The notes: generated by a model not told the origin, from the sequence alone. DNA of 64,000 bases from an uncultured Acidobacteriota bacterium (GCA_963828465.1 CAWHEU010000025.1:64001-128000); one strand, 5' to 3'; positions 1 to 10,737 are shown, counted from the stretch's first letter. Made by a program: numbers and translations.

Positions 1-1661
1 AGCATCCCGGTGTAGGTCGCCGGATTGCTGCGCCGCGACCCGCGAATCTCGGTCTGGTCGACCAGGACAACACCCGTTTCATCCTGAATGGAGCCTTGGA
101 CGAGCGAGCTCTTTCCCGACCCGGCGACACCGGTGACGACAACCAGCACATTGAGTGGTATGTCGACATCGACGTCTTGGAGATTGTTCTGATTTGCCTT
201 TCGGATCTCGAGGCTATCGGTCGAGGTCCGGAACTCTGACTTGACGGTTGACCGGTCGTCGAGATGCTTGCCGGTCAACGTGTCGCTGCCCCGCAACTCC
301 TCGACGGAGCCCTCGAACACCACCTCGCCGCCAGCCGTCCCCGCACCCGGGCCCAGGTCGACGACATGGTCGGCGATCTCGATGGTCTCCGGCTCATGCT
401 CCACAACGAGCACCGTGTTGCCCTTGTCGCGCAGCTGCACCAGCAAGTCGTTCATGCGTTGCACATCATGTGGGTGGAGGCCGATCGTGGGCTCGTCGAA
501 GACGTAGGTGACGTCGGTGAGCGGAGATCCGAGGTGGCGGATCATCTTGGTGCGCTGTGCCTCACCGCCCGACAGCGTGCCCGAAGGCCGGTCCAGGGAC
601 AGGTAGCCGAGGCCGATCTCGACGAAGGAATCGAGCGTCTCCTGCACTGCGTCGAGCAGCGGCTTCGCCGATGGCTCGTCGAGCTCCCGGACCCACTCGG
701 TGAGATCGCTGATCTGCATCGCGCAGAGGTCGGCAATGCTCTTGCCGGCGATCTTCGAAGAACGGGCTGCCTCGTTGAGCCGGGTGCCTTCGCAGTCGGG
801 ACATGCCGTGAACGCCACCGCCCGCTCCACGAACTCCCGGATATGCGGCTGCATCGCGTCGACATCCTTGGACAGCAACGACTTCTGTATCTGTGGGACC
901 AGTCCCTCGTAGGTCAGGTTGATTTCGTTGATCCGGACCTTGGTCGGCTCCTTGTAGAGAAAGTCGTCGAGCTCCTTCTCGGTGTACTCGCGGATCGGCT
1001 TGTCAGGATCGAGGAATCCGGACTCGGTGAAATACCGCACGGACCATCCGCCCGCCTTGTAGCCGGGCACGCTGATCGCGCCCTCGGCGAGTGACTTGTC
1101 CTCGTCGTACAACTGGGTGAGGTCGATGTCGCTGACCGAGCCCATTCCCTCACACCGCGGGCACATTCCGCCGTGATAGACGACGTTGCGCACGGTGATC
1201 CGCTCCCCCTTGCCCTTGTCGACGGTCATCGCGCCGCTCGCCTGACGGGTCGGGATGTTGAACGAAAACGCGGGCGGCGGACCGATGTACGGATCACCGA
1301 GCCGGCTGTAGAGGAGACGCAGCATGGCGTTGGCGTCGGTGACGGTGCCAACTGTGGAGCGGACATTGGCGCCCATCCGATGCTGGTCGACGATGATCGC
1401 TGTCGTCAGCCCGTCGAGCACGTCGACATCGGGCCGCGCCAGCGTCGGCATGAGTCCCTGCACGAAGGCGCTGTAGGTCTCATTGATCAGCCGCTTCGAT
1501 TCGGCGGCGATCGTGTCGAAGACCAGTGAGCTCTTCCCCGAGCCGGAGACCCCGGTGAAAACCGTCAGCCGGCGTTTTGGGATCTCGATGCTGACGTCTT
1601 TGAGGTTGTTCTCCCTGGCTCCGGTCACCCGGATCAAGTCGTGGCTGTCGGCTTCATGCAT
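1..1661 (-). CDS. UvrA-like (DrrC/UvrA2-type) ABC ATPase, truncated by the window edge
   Basis: Manual translation MHEADSHDLIRVTGARENNLKDVSIEIPKRRLTVFTGVSGSGKSSLVFDTIAAES (Walker A); LSGGE signature and a second Walker A near the edge. Not in the ORF track because its stop lies outside the window. Confidence 0.9.
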   Translation of the reverse strand, partial: MHEADSHDLIRVTGARENNLKDVSIEIPKRRLTVFTGVSGSGKSSLVFDTIAAESKRLINETYSAFVQGLMPTLARPDVDVLDGLTTAIIVDQHRMGANVRSTVGTVTDANAMLRLLYSRLGDPYIGPPPAFSFNIPTRQASGAMTVDKGKGERITVRNVVYHGGMCPRCEGMGSVSDIDLTQLYDEDKSLAEGAISVPGYKAGGWSVRYFTESGFLDPDKPIREYTEKELDDFLYKEPTKVRINEINLTYEGLVPQIQKSLLSKDVDAMQPHIREFVERAVAFTACPDCEGTRLNEAARSSKIAGKSIADLCAMQISDLTEWVRELDEPSAKPLLDAVQETLDSFVEIGLGYLSLDRPSGTLSGGEAQRTKMIRHLGSPLTDVTYVFDEPTIGLHPHDVQRMNDLLVQLRDKGNTVLVVEHEPETIEIADHVVDLGPGAGTAGGEVVFEGSVEELRGSDTLTGKHLDDRSTVKSEFRTSTDSLEIRKANQNNLQDVDVDIPLNVLVVVTGVAGSGKSSLVQGSIQDETGVVLVDQTEIRGSRRSNPATYTGM

Positions 1662-1733
1662 GCGACTCACCCTAAATAAGTGTAAGGACCATGGCTTCTT
1701 CGATCCTGCTCGCTTGGGTTTGGACCCTCGCTT

Positions 1734-3200
1734 TCAAGCCGGAATGGCCGCTCCGAACCAGGTCTCGAGCGCCCGAGGTAGATCCGGGTCCGTGAGGTCT
1801 CCCGCCCAGGCAACATGCCCGTCCGGACGAATCAACACGGCCGGGGGCGGATCAATCTCGCCCAGGACCGGGAGCTCCCATATACCGTCGTGCTTGGCCT
1901 CGATCAGCCGGACCCGATCCGCCCATGGAGCGATGTCGAAGCTCCTCGGCTCACCGAGGTCGAGGAGCACGGGCCGGGCGTCGTGCAACAATCCGAAGAC
2001 ACGAGTGGGACCGTCGGCGGTGTGCAGGTCGAGATCGGGCATACGCCGCCCGAGCAGCGGGTGCCCCTCACCGAGGTCATAGTGGATGTCCAGCGCGGAG
2101 ATCATCGCCGCGATGCGCGTGCGCGGCTCCGCCATGCCGAGCATGTCGAGAACGGTGTCGCGGAGCGCCTGGCTCCGCTCATCTGTGCGGACGAGTGCCA
2201 CCTGCGCCATGGTGTTTTGCAAAACCCGGGCACCGACCGGGTGCCGTTCGGCGTGGTAGGTGTCCAGAAGGCTCTCGGGTGACGTCTTTTTGACCACCTG
2301 GGCCAGCTTCCATCCCAGGTTCACAGCATCCTGCACACCGGTGTTCAGGCCCTGACCGCCCTGCGGGCCATGGACGTGTGCGGCGTCGCCTGCGAGCAGC
2401 ACGCGTCCCTCGCGGTAGGACGCTGCCTGCCGGGTCATGTCGGTGAATCGGGAGATCCACGTGGGGCTGTGCACCCCGAAGTCCGTCCCGTAGGCGCCGA
2501 TGAGCGCCTCGCTGAGGTCCTCCGGGGTGGGCTCGGTGGTGTGTTCGACCTCCTTCTCGAGCAGCACCACGCCGTACGGCCCTCCGCCCTCCTCCCGGTT
2601 GACCGGACCGATGCCACCACCCTCGGGCCGCATGCCGATCTCCGGCTCCTCATCCATCTCCACCTCGGCGATCATGTAGCTGGCCGACGCGTCCCACCCA
2701 GCGAACTCGATGTCGGTCGCCTTGCGGACCAGGCTGCGTCCTCCGTCGCACCCGACGAGGTACTCGGCTCGGATGGTGGTGTCGTCGGACAACTCGACCT
2801 CGACGCCTGTGTCATCCTGGGCGAACCCCACCACCTCTAGTCCACGAAGGATTGGGGCCCCGAGCTCATCGACCCAGTCGGCCAGGATGGGCTCGATCCG
2901 GTTCTGCCACAGCGCAAGGATGTAGTTGTGGCGGGTGGGGAAGTCGCTGATGTCCAGGAAGGTCCCGGCGTAGCCCACGAAGGGATGCGTTTGGCCCTCC
3001 GAGAGGAAGCGCTCCGCGACGCCACGCTGATCGAGCACCTCGATGGTGCGCGAGTGAAGACCCCCGGCTCGCTTGCCGTCGAGATCCTGACTGGTGCGTC
3101 GTTCGATGACGACGACATCGATCCCCGCCAATTTCAGCTCGGCCGCCAACATCAGCCCGGTTGGGCCGCCTCCTGCGATCACCACAGCATGTTCGGTCAT
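1734..3200 (-). CDS. FAD-dependent aromatic monooxygenase (PheA/TfdB, Rox-like family)
   Basis: MTEHAVVIAGGGPTGLMLA; GCDGGRS and LAGDAAHVH..GGQGLNTGVQDA motifs; GGAGG upstream of the ATG at 3200. Confidence 0.9.
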   Translation of the reverse strand: MTEHAVVIAGGGPTGLMLAAELKLAGIDVVVIERRTSQDLDGKRAGGLHSRTIEVLDQRGVAERFLSEGQTHPFVGYAGTFLDISDFPTRHNYILALWQNRIEPILADWVDELGAPILRGLEVVGFAQDDTGVEVELSDDTTIRAEYLVGCDGGRSLVRKATDIEFAGWDASASYMIAEVEMDEEPEIGMRPEGGGIGPVNREEGGGPYGVVLLEKEVEHTTEPTPEDLSEALIGAYGTDFGVHSPTWISRFTDMTRQAASYREGRVLLAGDAAHVHGPQGGQGLNTGVQDAVNLGWKLAQVVKKTSPESLLDTYHAERHPVGARVLQNTMAQVALVRTDERSQALRDTVLDMLGMAEPRTRIAAMISALDIHYDLGEGHPLLGRRMPDLDLHTADGPTRVFGLLHDARPVLLDLGEPRSFDIAPWADRVRLIEAKHDGIWELPVLGEIDPPPAVLIRPDGHVAWAGDLTDPDLPRALETWFGAAIPA

Positions 3201-3281
3201 TGCTACACCTCCATCGCCACCGCGCCCCTGGCCCATTGCGGCTGTCTGTCGAGCCCTCTCCCGCGTCACATACCCTGTCAG

Positions 3282-3425
3282 TCACGGTGTCGAATCCGCA
3301 AGACGCCGGGCCACGGGGATTCCGTGGAGCTCGTCGTCTCCGCGCAAGGCAGCCTCGACGTCGCCCTGTTCGATCGCCGAGCGGAACCTGGCATTGGCTT
3401 CGCCCATCGCGATCGTGTCGCTGAG
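3282..3425 (-). pseudogene. Fragment resembling a GntR FCD domain
   Basis: Manual translation LSDTIAMGEANARFRSAIEQGDVEAALRGDDELHGIPV; no HTH part upstream. Confidence 0.4.
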
Positions 3426-3571
3426 CTGCGATTCTTCTCGGCCGTCGTGCCTGTTGGTCCCGACCTGGCCGGGTCCGTGTCGGGCGGCACTGTAGAAGTG
3501 GCTGTAGAAGCGGGAGCAGCCTCAGCGGCTCACACGTCGCGGAGCGTCCCAGTTCGTGGACCTGGCCGTCG

Positions 3572-4732
3572 TCATCGACCTGCTCGATCGTCCTCCTCGA
3601 TCTCAGCCGAAGGGGGACCACCACAAGGGAGTGACGTGCTGTGACGCGCTTCGTTGAAGATTCGACGCAGGCTCACGTCGACCGAGTTCGCGTCGGCGTC
3701 CAGTCGCCGGAACCTCGGAACGACTGCGGTCACGATCCAGCTCCAACGGTCGTCGAAACGGGTGACCCGCGGCCATGCACGCGAACGCAGCACCGCTGGA
3801 AGCCCTCGTCCGAAGGAGTACAGGTAGAAGGACGAGAAGTACGCAAGTTCCTCTCGTAGCCCCCGCGCCTCGAAGCTCAAGCTCGATCCGGCGGAGAACA
3901 GTGTTCCGAAGGTACGGGACAGGCGGTCGAAGTTGGGCTGCACCACGGTGCGTTGCTCGTGCTCGAGGAGTTGGATGTTCCCGTCCCAGATCAGGTCAGT
4001 TGCGGCCTGGCGCGCCGTCGCCGATGCCGCCGGGTCTTCCAGGGCGCGGCGCCCCGCGTCGATCCTCTCGAAGCCCGCGAGGACCGGACCGTAACGCTGG
4101 TCGTTCCCCAGAAGCGCACGTAGACGTTCGATCCCGTCGTCTGTGGACGCGTACACGAGGTGCACCCAGAAGATGTCGTCGAAGATCGCGTTGTTCGTCG
4201 CACGGACGGTTTCTACGTCTCCGAGCAGCAGGATGCTGCGGTGACGGAGGCTCCGCGGGATGTCCGAGTAGCCGCTCCTGTCGGTGTGGAGCCGGAAGGG
4301 GTAGAGCGCGAGCCGGGCGTGATGCGACGCGAAGGCAGCCATGCCAGCCCACTTGAGGCACGTGGGCAAGGAAATGTAGATCCAGGCGTACCCCGAGGAG
4401 ATCTCCAAGTTGCGGTGGAACACGCACGACTGCTGCGTCAGGAAGCTGTCGGCCAGCGCCTGCCACCCCTCGACCGTGTCCGGCGACCCGATTCGCCGAA
4501 CCAGTTCCTTCGGGTTCGGGGCGAGCTCCTCGGCGGCGATCAGCGCGCGTGCCTGGAGGGTTTCCGGTACGTGTGGCGCGATCGGTTCGCGAGGCTCGTC
4601 AGCCGGCAAGGACTTCACGATCGCCCGCGAGGGTGTGCTTGCGGCTGATGTCTGCGGCGAAGGCAGTGTCTGCTCGTTGACGTGTCGCTCGAGGAAGACG
4701 CTGCAGGTGAGGGCAGAGATGCGCGCGGACAT
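3572..4732 (-). CDS. Hypothetical protein, DUF2515-like; start uncertain
   Basis: RNLEISSGYAWIY...KWAGMAAFAS and LLEHEQRTVVQP motifs. Confidence 0.6.
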   Translation of the reverse strand: MSARISALTCSVFLERHVNEQTLPSPQTSAASTPSRAIVKSLPADEPREPIAPHVPETLQARALIAAEELAPNPKELVRRIGSPDTVEGWQALADSFLTQQSCVFHRNLEISSGYAWIYISLPTCLKWAGMAAFASHHARLALYPFRLHTDRSGYSDIPRSLRHRSILLLGDVETVRATNNAIFDDIFWVHLVYASTDDGIERLRALLGNDQRYGPVLAGFERIDAGRRALEDPAASATARQAATDLIWDGNIQLLEHEQRTVVQPNFDRLSRTFGTLFSAGSSLSFEARGLREELAYFSSFYLYSFGRGLPAVLRSRAWPRVTRFDDRWSWIVTAVVPRFRRLDADANSVDVSLRRIFNEARHSTSLPCGGPPSAEIEEDDRAGR

Positions 4733-5045
4733 TGGGGTGAGGGTGGGCAACCACCCCACGGACGCTCGCACTGGTACGAGATGCAGGTGGTACACCCATC
4801 TCACCGCGGAGTATATCTCCACCCGCGCAGGCACCGTGCCCACCGCTCGATACTGCTGAATGGTCAGGTTGCGCGGGTTTGCCTCGACGATGACGTTGCC
4901 TCGACCTTGAAGCGCCCCGGGTTTGGTGACGTCTCTGAGCTGCGTCGACAAGATGCCACCTGCCACCAGCGGCTGTCCCCCGACGAACTGTGCTGGGCGG
5001 AGAGAGGCGTCCACGAGGCGACATGCTCTGATCGGCCGACCCAGC

Positions 5046-5129
5046 ATGACCTACCAGCACGTGCTCCCGGGGATGGGCGCCCAGGCCGCCAACTGCTTCG
5101 TCAGCCTCATCGCCGACGGCGGCCGGTAG
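5046..5129 (+). pseudogene. Tyrosine integrase extreme C-terminal remnant
   Basis: TYQHVLPGMGAQAANCFVSLI matches the catalytic-Tyr tail (TYQHVLPGMQxxAA) of actinobacterial integrases. Confidence 0.6.
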
Positions 5130-5147
5130 ATCGATCTACCGGGGGCG

Positions 5148-5345
5148 AAACTCCTCGATGTTGTCCGATGTGGAGTGTTCCTGGCCGACTTGGGTGACCT
5201 GACCGGTTTCAACATCGTCTACCGGCGGGCCTTCGGAGATAGGCTTCCTGCACGCACCAAGGTGGGTGCATTCCTACCCGGATATCGGGTCGAGATCGAC
5301 TGCATCGCAGCCATCCCCTTGGAGTCAGAAATGGCCGATCAATGA
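5148..5345 (+). pseudogene. RidA/YjgF family, C-terminal half only
   Basis: DVVRCGVFLADLGDLTGFNIVYRRAFGDRLPART...VEIDCIA; in-frame stop at 5127-5129 and no N-terminus. Confidence 0.7.
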
Positions 5346-5381
5346 GAATACCGCCCGGAATGCATACGGGTCAGAGCCGAC

Positions 5382-6836
5382 ATGCCCGTTGACACAAACC
5401 ATTCCGACGGTGGTGGCCGTTCGCATCGTGTGGTGATCGTCGGCGCCGGATTCGCCGGCCTCTTCGCCGCAAAGGCGCTTCGGCGCGCCGATGTCGCGGT
5501 GACGGTCATCGACCGCACCAACCATCACCTGTTTCAGCCGCTGCTCTACCAGATGGCGACCGGCGTCCTCGCCGAGGGCGACATAGCTCCGCCGATCCGT
5601 GACATCCTGAGGGACCAGCCCAACACCGCGGTCATCCTGGGCGAGGTGGTGGGGATCGACATCGAGGCTCGAAGCTTGGTGGTCGACACGCTGGGCCGGC
5701 CAGCGAGGTGCCCTACGACAGTCTGATCGTTGCCACTGGCGCACAACAGTCATACTTCGGACACCCGGAGTTCGCCCAGTTCGCGCCCGGCATGAAGACA
5801 ATCGACGACGCCTTGGAGTTGCGGGGACGTATCTTCGGCGCCTTCGAACTTGCCGAGTGCGAACCCGATCCCGAGATCCGCCGGGCCTGGCTGACCTTCG
5901 TCGTCGTCGGCGCAGGACCGACCGGCGTCGAGCTTGCCGGACAGATCGCCGAGCTCGCACACCGGTCGCTGCGCGACAACTTCCGCCGAATCGACCCCGC
6001 CGAGGCTCGGGTCGTACTGCTGGACGCCGCCCCCACCGTGCTGCCGCCGTTCCCCGAATCGCTGCAGCGCCGCGCCGCCCGCGACCTGGAGCGTTCTGGC
6101 GTCGAGATCCACCTCGGCGCCACGGTCACCGGGGTAGACGAGCTCGGCCTCGACACCAACTCCGAAGACCCGCACGTGAGGCGAATCGACGCGATCACCA
6201 AGATCTGGGCCGCCGGCGTTCAGGGATCACCGCTCGGGCGCATCGTCGCCGAGGCGGCAGGCGGCGGCGTCGATCGCGCCGGCCGCGTACAAGTCCAGCC
6301 CGACCTAACCCTGCCCGGGCACCCCGAAGTCTTCGTAGTCGGCGATGTCATGAGCCTCAACGGCCTACCGGGGGTGGCGCAGGTGGCGATTCAATCCGGC
6401 CGTCACGCCGCCCACACGATCGTCTCGCAGGCTCCGGGGTGACACGACCGAGCGCCCGTTCGTGTACAGCGACAAAGGCACGCTGGCCACGATCTCGCGC
6501 TTCAACGCCGTCGCCAGCGTCGGGCGTGTCCGCCTATCGGGCTTCCTCGCCTGGCTCCTGTGGCTGGCGGTCCATCTCATCGCCCTGACCGGCTTCAAGA
6601 ACCGGGTCGCGGTGCTGTTCAACTGGACGGTCGCGTTCCTCGGCCGCGGCCGCCAGCAGCGCACGATCACTACACAGCAAGTCTTCGCCCGCCAGTCACT
6701 CGAATCCCAAGCCGGCCAAATCCGCATCCCAAGTTCCAGTCGAGCCCGTAAACCCGCCAACCACGGACCAATCCGAACCTCCAAGGAGAGCCACGCCATG
6801 ACGACCCGCAACGACACCGAAGGATGCCCAAGATGA
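5382..6836 (+). CDS. ndh: Type II NADH dehydrogenase (NDH-2), split by two frameshifts (~5700, ~6440)
   Basis: GAGFAG, HHLFQPLLYQ, VVGAGPTGVELAG, YSDKGTLATI and WLAVHL motifs spread over three ORFs. Confidence 0.85.
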
Positions 6837-7727
6837 CATTCACCAGAGATCACCACCGCGGGCGCAGGCACCATGGGCTCTCAAGTTGCCTGGCAGATGG
6901 CGTTTCACGGCAAGCATGTGACCGTGTACGACGCCATCCCCGCGGGCTTGGAGAACGGCAAGGCACTCCATCTGAAGTACGGGGAGCACTTCATCGAGCA
7001 GCGCGGCGCAACCCAGAAGCAGATCGACGACACCTTCTCTCGCCTCACCTACACGACCGACCTGTCAGAGGCGGTACGCGATGCCGATCTGATCAGCGAG
7101 TCCGTGCCCGAGTCCACGTCGATCAAGGAATCCTTCTGGCGCGAAGCGTCCAGAAATGCCCCAGAGCGGACCGTGTTCACGACCAATAGTTCGACCCTGC
7201 CGCCGAGTTCGCTGGTGGGCTTCGTCGACCGGCCTGAGAAGTTCCTGGCCTTGCACTTTGCCATCGGCGTGTGGGACTCGAACATCGGCGAAGTCATGGG
7301 CCACCCCGGCACCGACACGGCAGTTTTCGACCGAGTGCTGAAGTTCGCCGAGGAAATTGGCCTGGTACCGATCCCCATTCGCAAAGAACAGAGCGGCTAC
7401 GTAATAAACAGCTTGCTGGTGCCCTGGTGCACTGCCGCGCTTGATCTGCAGGTGCGCGGCGTGAGCGACTTCGAGAGCATCGATCGAACGTGGATGATCA
7501 CGTTGCAGGCTGGGATGGGCCCCTTCGGCATGATGGACCGCATGGGCCTCGGTGTCGTGTACCACGTGGCGAAGCTGATCGGCGAAACGACCCCAAACAC
7601 GCAGGCGCTCGAGTCCGCCCGATACCTCGACGAGCATTTCATCCAGAAAAGCCTCCTTGGTGTAGTGAGCGGCCAGGGCTTCTATCGCTATCCGAATCCG
7701 GCCTACGACCAGCCGGGATTCATCTGA
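6833..7727 (+). CDS. 3-hydroxyacyl-CoA dehydrogenase family; frameshift near the start (~6847)
   Basis: GAGTMGSQVA Rossmann motif, ISESVPE, TTNSSTL, MGPFGMMDRMG. Confidence 0.85.
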
Positions 7728-7823
7728 ATCAGCTCCCACATTGTTCGGTGCAAGTCCGGGGCCTAATTGGCCGGATTGGCAAGCGGCTTCGAACACGGAC
7801 CTTGCACTTGGAGTTCGCTACGG

Positions 7824-7944
7824 CCGATCAAGATTGGACCGAACAACTCGATCATCTAACCCGCGGTTGACATCATGGCCAGCTATCAGCGTGTTCTCCA
7901 AGGCACCGCAGGCCCGAAGCCGCCACACCTTTGAGCAGCTTTTC
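7824..7944 (+). pseudogene. Degenerate tyrosine-integrase box II remnant next to the tRNA 3' end
   Basis: Allowing indels, reads PIK..TEQLDH.NP..IMASYQRVLQG..A...HTFEQL, similar to PIKVVSERLGHANP.FT..TYQHVLPGMQAEAA.TFE.L. Confidence 0.45.
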
Positions 7945-8039
7945 TCAAGAAACCCGAAGGTCATAGGTGCGACGAATGCCCTGGTAGAGACGGTGGATGA
8001 ATCGGTAGACACCCGGGAGGAGATAGCCCCGGGACGGTA

Positions 8040-8070
8040 GAAACCCCCAGGTCATTGACCAGGGGTTTTC
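8040..8070 (-). terminator. Inverted repeat just 3' of tRNA-fMet (terminator or att-arm hairpin)
   Basis: GAAACCCCCAGGTCA-T-TGACCAGGGGTTTTC. Confidence 0.6.
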
Positions 8071-8072
8071 AG

Positions 8073-8146
<74 letters not shown>

Positions 8147-8195
8147 TCGAGGTGTTTCACCAAGTGTACGACTGCATCGGGTTTGTGCCAATAGG

Positions 8196-8549
8196 TCAGC
8201 GGCCGGCCAGATCGACCCAGACATAGTCGACAACGGCTTCGATCTCTTCGGGGCTGAGACGGGTCTCGAATCCGGGCATGCTCCCCGGGACACCGGTGGA
8301 GACGAAGGTCACGACTTCCTCCATCGAGTCGAATCGTGACAGCCCGCCGGCCAATGCGGGGCCGACGCCGCCCTCGCCTCCGGAGCCATGACATCCGGCG
8401 CAGTTGGAAGCGAACAGGTCGGCGCCGGATGCGACCGCTGATTCAGCTGGCTCGGCAACCGTGGGCGGGACTGTGAACAGCAGAACCACGGTGACCACGG
8501 TGGCGATAGCCACCACGATCTGAAAGCCGTTGACGAAGCGCTCGAACAT
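8196..8549 (-). CDS. Membrane-anchored mono-haem cytochrome c
   Basis: N-terminal TM, CAGCHG haem motif, distal MP motif. Confidence 0.85.
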   Translation of the reverse strand: MFERFVNGFQIVVAIATVVTVVLLFTVPPTVAEPAESAVASGADLFASNCAGCHGSGGEGGVGPALAGGLSRFDSMEEVVTFVSTGVPGSMPGFETRLSPEEIEAVVDYVWVDLAGR

Positions 8550-9106
8550 CAGATACCCGGGAAGGCCACTGTGGTGAAGAACCAGAGCGATGTAGTCAGC
8601 CAGATCGCGACGAGGGTGGTGAAAACGATGCCCCCGAACACGGGAAGCGACCAGGAGGGAGTGTCGTGCGAGCGCACCAAGGTCACCTTGGCGGCAAAGG
8701 CGCCGTAGAAGACACAACCCAAAACCGAGTGGGCGAAGCGACGCAACTCGGTGAAGTCGGGCTCGAATCCCAGTGCCCAGAGACAATGAAACGCCACCGG
8801 CAGGCTGAGCGCAAAAGCGATGGTCCCGGAAAGGCGGTGGAGATCACCCCACCAAGACGGCATCGTCCTTGGGATCTTCACCTTGCCCCACATCCGCAGA
8901 GCGGAGTACACCTGCCCAAAGGCGAAGAACAGGATCACCGTTGTCGTCCACGCCTTGAAGCTGAGAGTGTTGGAGAAGAAGAGAGAGATCGTCTGCTGGC
9001 CGGCCGGGTCGTGAACTGATCCATAGACCCCTACGGCGATCGCTACCGCACCTCCGAGGAGAAGCGCGGTCCAGAGAGCCCGGTCCGAAGCCGACCTTGC
9101 GGTCAT
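8549..9106 (-). CDS. DUF6529-like membrane protein (cytochrome b-like His pattern)
   Basis: Several TMs, LHRLSG, FHCLWALG, HSVLGCVFYGAFAAK; overlaps the cytochrome c start. Confidence 0.7.
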   Translation of the reverse strand: MTARSASDRALWTALLLGGAVAIAVGVYGSVHDPAGQQTISLFFSNTLSFKAWTTTVILFFAFGQVYSALRMWGKVKIPRTMPSWWGDLHRLSGTIAFALSLPVAFHCLWALGFEPDFTELRRFAHSVLGCVFYGAFAAKVTLVRSHDTPSWSLPVFGGIVFTTLVAIWLTTSLWFFTTVAFPGI

Positions 9107-9257
9107 TCTTCGAAGCTACCGGTTCAGCCTGTTGCTCGCCTCACGCCGAGGGGTAAGTCGCTCGGGAGCGAGCGCCATAAGGACCATCGGCCCTGTGCAA
9201 CGGCCTGCTCACTCGGGATGATCGGATTCGGAAGCTACGACTCGATTGGAGAACGAC

Positions 9258-10016
9258 ATGGCGAAGCATGACTACACGGACAAGGTGGCGTTGGTGACCG
9301 GGGGCGGCTCCGGGATCGGGGAGGCGTGTGCCGTGACCTTTGCTCGCTCCGGGGCGAAGGTGATCGTTGCCGACTACGACAAGGACGGCGGGGACCGGGT
9401 GACGGAGGCGATCCGAGCCGAGAGCCTGGACGCAACTTTCGTCGAGGTCGATGTCTCCAAGCCCGAGCAGATCGAGGCGATGGTGGCTGCGACCGTCAAG
9501 TCCTACGGCGGGCTACACGTCGCAGTCAACAACGCCGGGATTGGTGGCGCTCAGGCTCTCATCGGCGAATATCCAATAGACAGCTGGCAGCAAGTGATCG
9601 AGGTCAATCTGAACGGCGTCTTCTACTGCATGAGACATGAGATCCCGGCCATGCTGGATTCCGGCGGCGGGTCGATCATCAACATGGCATCGATCCTGGG
9701 CAGTGTCGGGTTCGCCAACTCGCCGGCCTACGTGGCGGCGAAACACGGCGTTGTCGGCCTGACGAAGACGGCTGCGATCGAGTATTCGGCCCAGGGAATC
9801 AGGGTCAATTCGGTCGGCCCCGGTTTCATCAATACGCCTTTGCTAGCGGACAACCTCGACGACGAGACCTTGAAAGTGATCGCCGGCATGCACCCGATCG
9901 GACGGTTGGGTGAGGCTCAGGAGGTAGCCGACCTGGTCGCCTTCCTTGGTTCCGATCAGGCTTCTTTCTGCACGGGCGCCTACTACTTGGTCGACGGGGG
10001 CTACACCGCCAACTGA
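9258..10016 (+). CDS. Short-chain dehydrogenase/reductase
   Basis: TGGGSGIG, NNAG, YVAAK motifs. Confidence 0.92.
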   Translation: MAKHDYTDKVALVTGGGSGIGEACAVTFARSGAKVIVADYDKDGGDRVTEAIRAESLDATFVEVDVSKPEQIEAMVAATVKSYGGLHVAVNNAGIGGAQALIGEYPIDSWQQVIEVNLNGVFYCMRHEIPAMLDSGGGSIINMASILGSVGFANSPAYVAAKHGVVGLTKTAAIEYSAQGIRVNSVGPGFINTPLLADNLDDETLKVIAGMHPIGRLGEAQEVADLVAFLGSDQASFCTGAYYLVDGGYTAN

Positions 10017-10129
10017 GTTGGTAAAAACACGAAAGCCGGTTTGAGACTTGGCCCGCTGGGGTACGAAGCCATCTTGTCGCGTGGGCGTCCGGTGGGCCGG
10101 GCGACACGTGTCCCTGGAATGGAGGACAT

Positions 10130-10282
10130 ATGGACCGGAGACTGCGCAAGACGAAGACGATCGCAGCCGCAATAACCCTGGCGTTGGCGGTCGCTGCGTG
10201 CGATAGCGGAGACCCCGCTGACCCGACCGACCCGGCCACCGAGACCACGGTGCCGGCCGAGACCACAACTGCTGCCGGCTGA
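10130..10282 (+). CDS. 50-aa small lipoprotein
   Basis: GGAGGA RBS; MDRRLRKTKTIAAAITLALAVAAC lipobox followed by a T/P/D-rich tail. Confidence 0.65.
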   Translation: MDRRLRKTKTIAAAITLALAVAACDSGDPADPTDPATETTVPAETTTAAG

Positions 10283-10371
10283 CGCCGCCGGTAGCTTGTT
10301 GGGGGGCGCCATCCCGGTGGCGCCCTCCGGCGCGCTGTGGTGTTTCCCCAACCCCACCACCCACCCGGGGG

Positions 10372-10737
10372 CTACTCCGCCCCTTCGACCCACCCGGTGA
10401 TACTTGCCACGTGGCCATCCGGGTCCCGGAAATGGGAGGCGAACAACGTCCGCTCCCCGTCGGATGTCACGGCTCTTGGTTCGACATCGAATGGGACGCC
10501 CCGTTCCCGCATCTCCGAGATGACGGAATGCACGTCCTCGACTTCGAACACGATCTCCGTTTCGGAGGCCTGATCCTCGAAGACCAGTGGCTGATTCAGG
10601 GTGAGCTGGTTCTCACCGACGGCGAAGAAGGCGAACTCATCGCCTGACCAGCTCAAGTCGAGCCCGACCAGGTCGCGCCAGAAGGCAACCGAGTCCGCGA
10701 GATCCGAGACCCGCAGGATGACGTTGCTGAGACGCAT
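10372..10737 (-). CDS. VOC/glyoxalase family protein
   Basis: LRVSDLADSVAFW ... FRDPDGH. Confidence 0.85.
   Translation of the reverse strand: MRLSNVILRVSDLADSVAFWRDLVGLDLSWSGDEFAFFAVGENQLTLNQPLVFEDQASETEIVFEVEDVHSVISEMRERGVPFDVEPRAVTSDGERTLFASHFRDPDGHVASITGWVEGAE

Noticed and set aside
241-1529. Plus-strand ORFs of 70-276 aa
   Set aside because: Antisense shadows of the UvrA-like gene.
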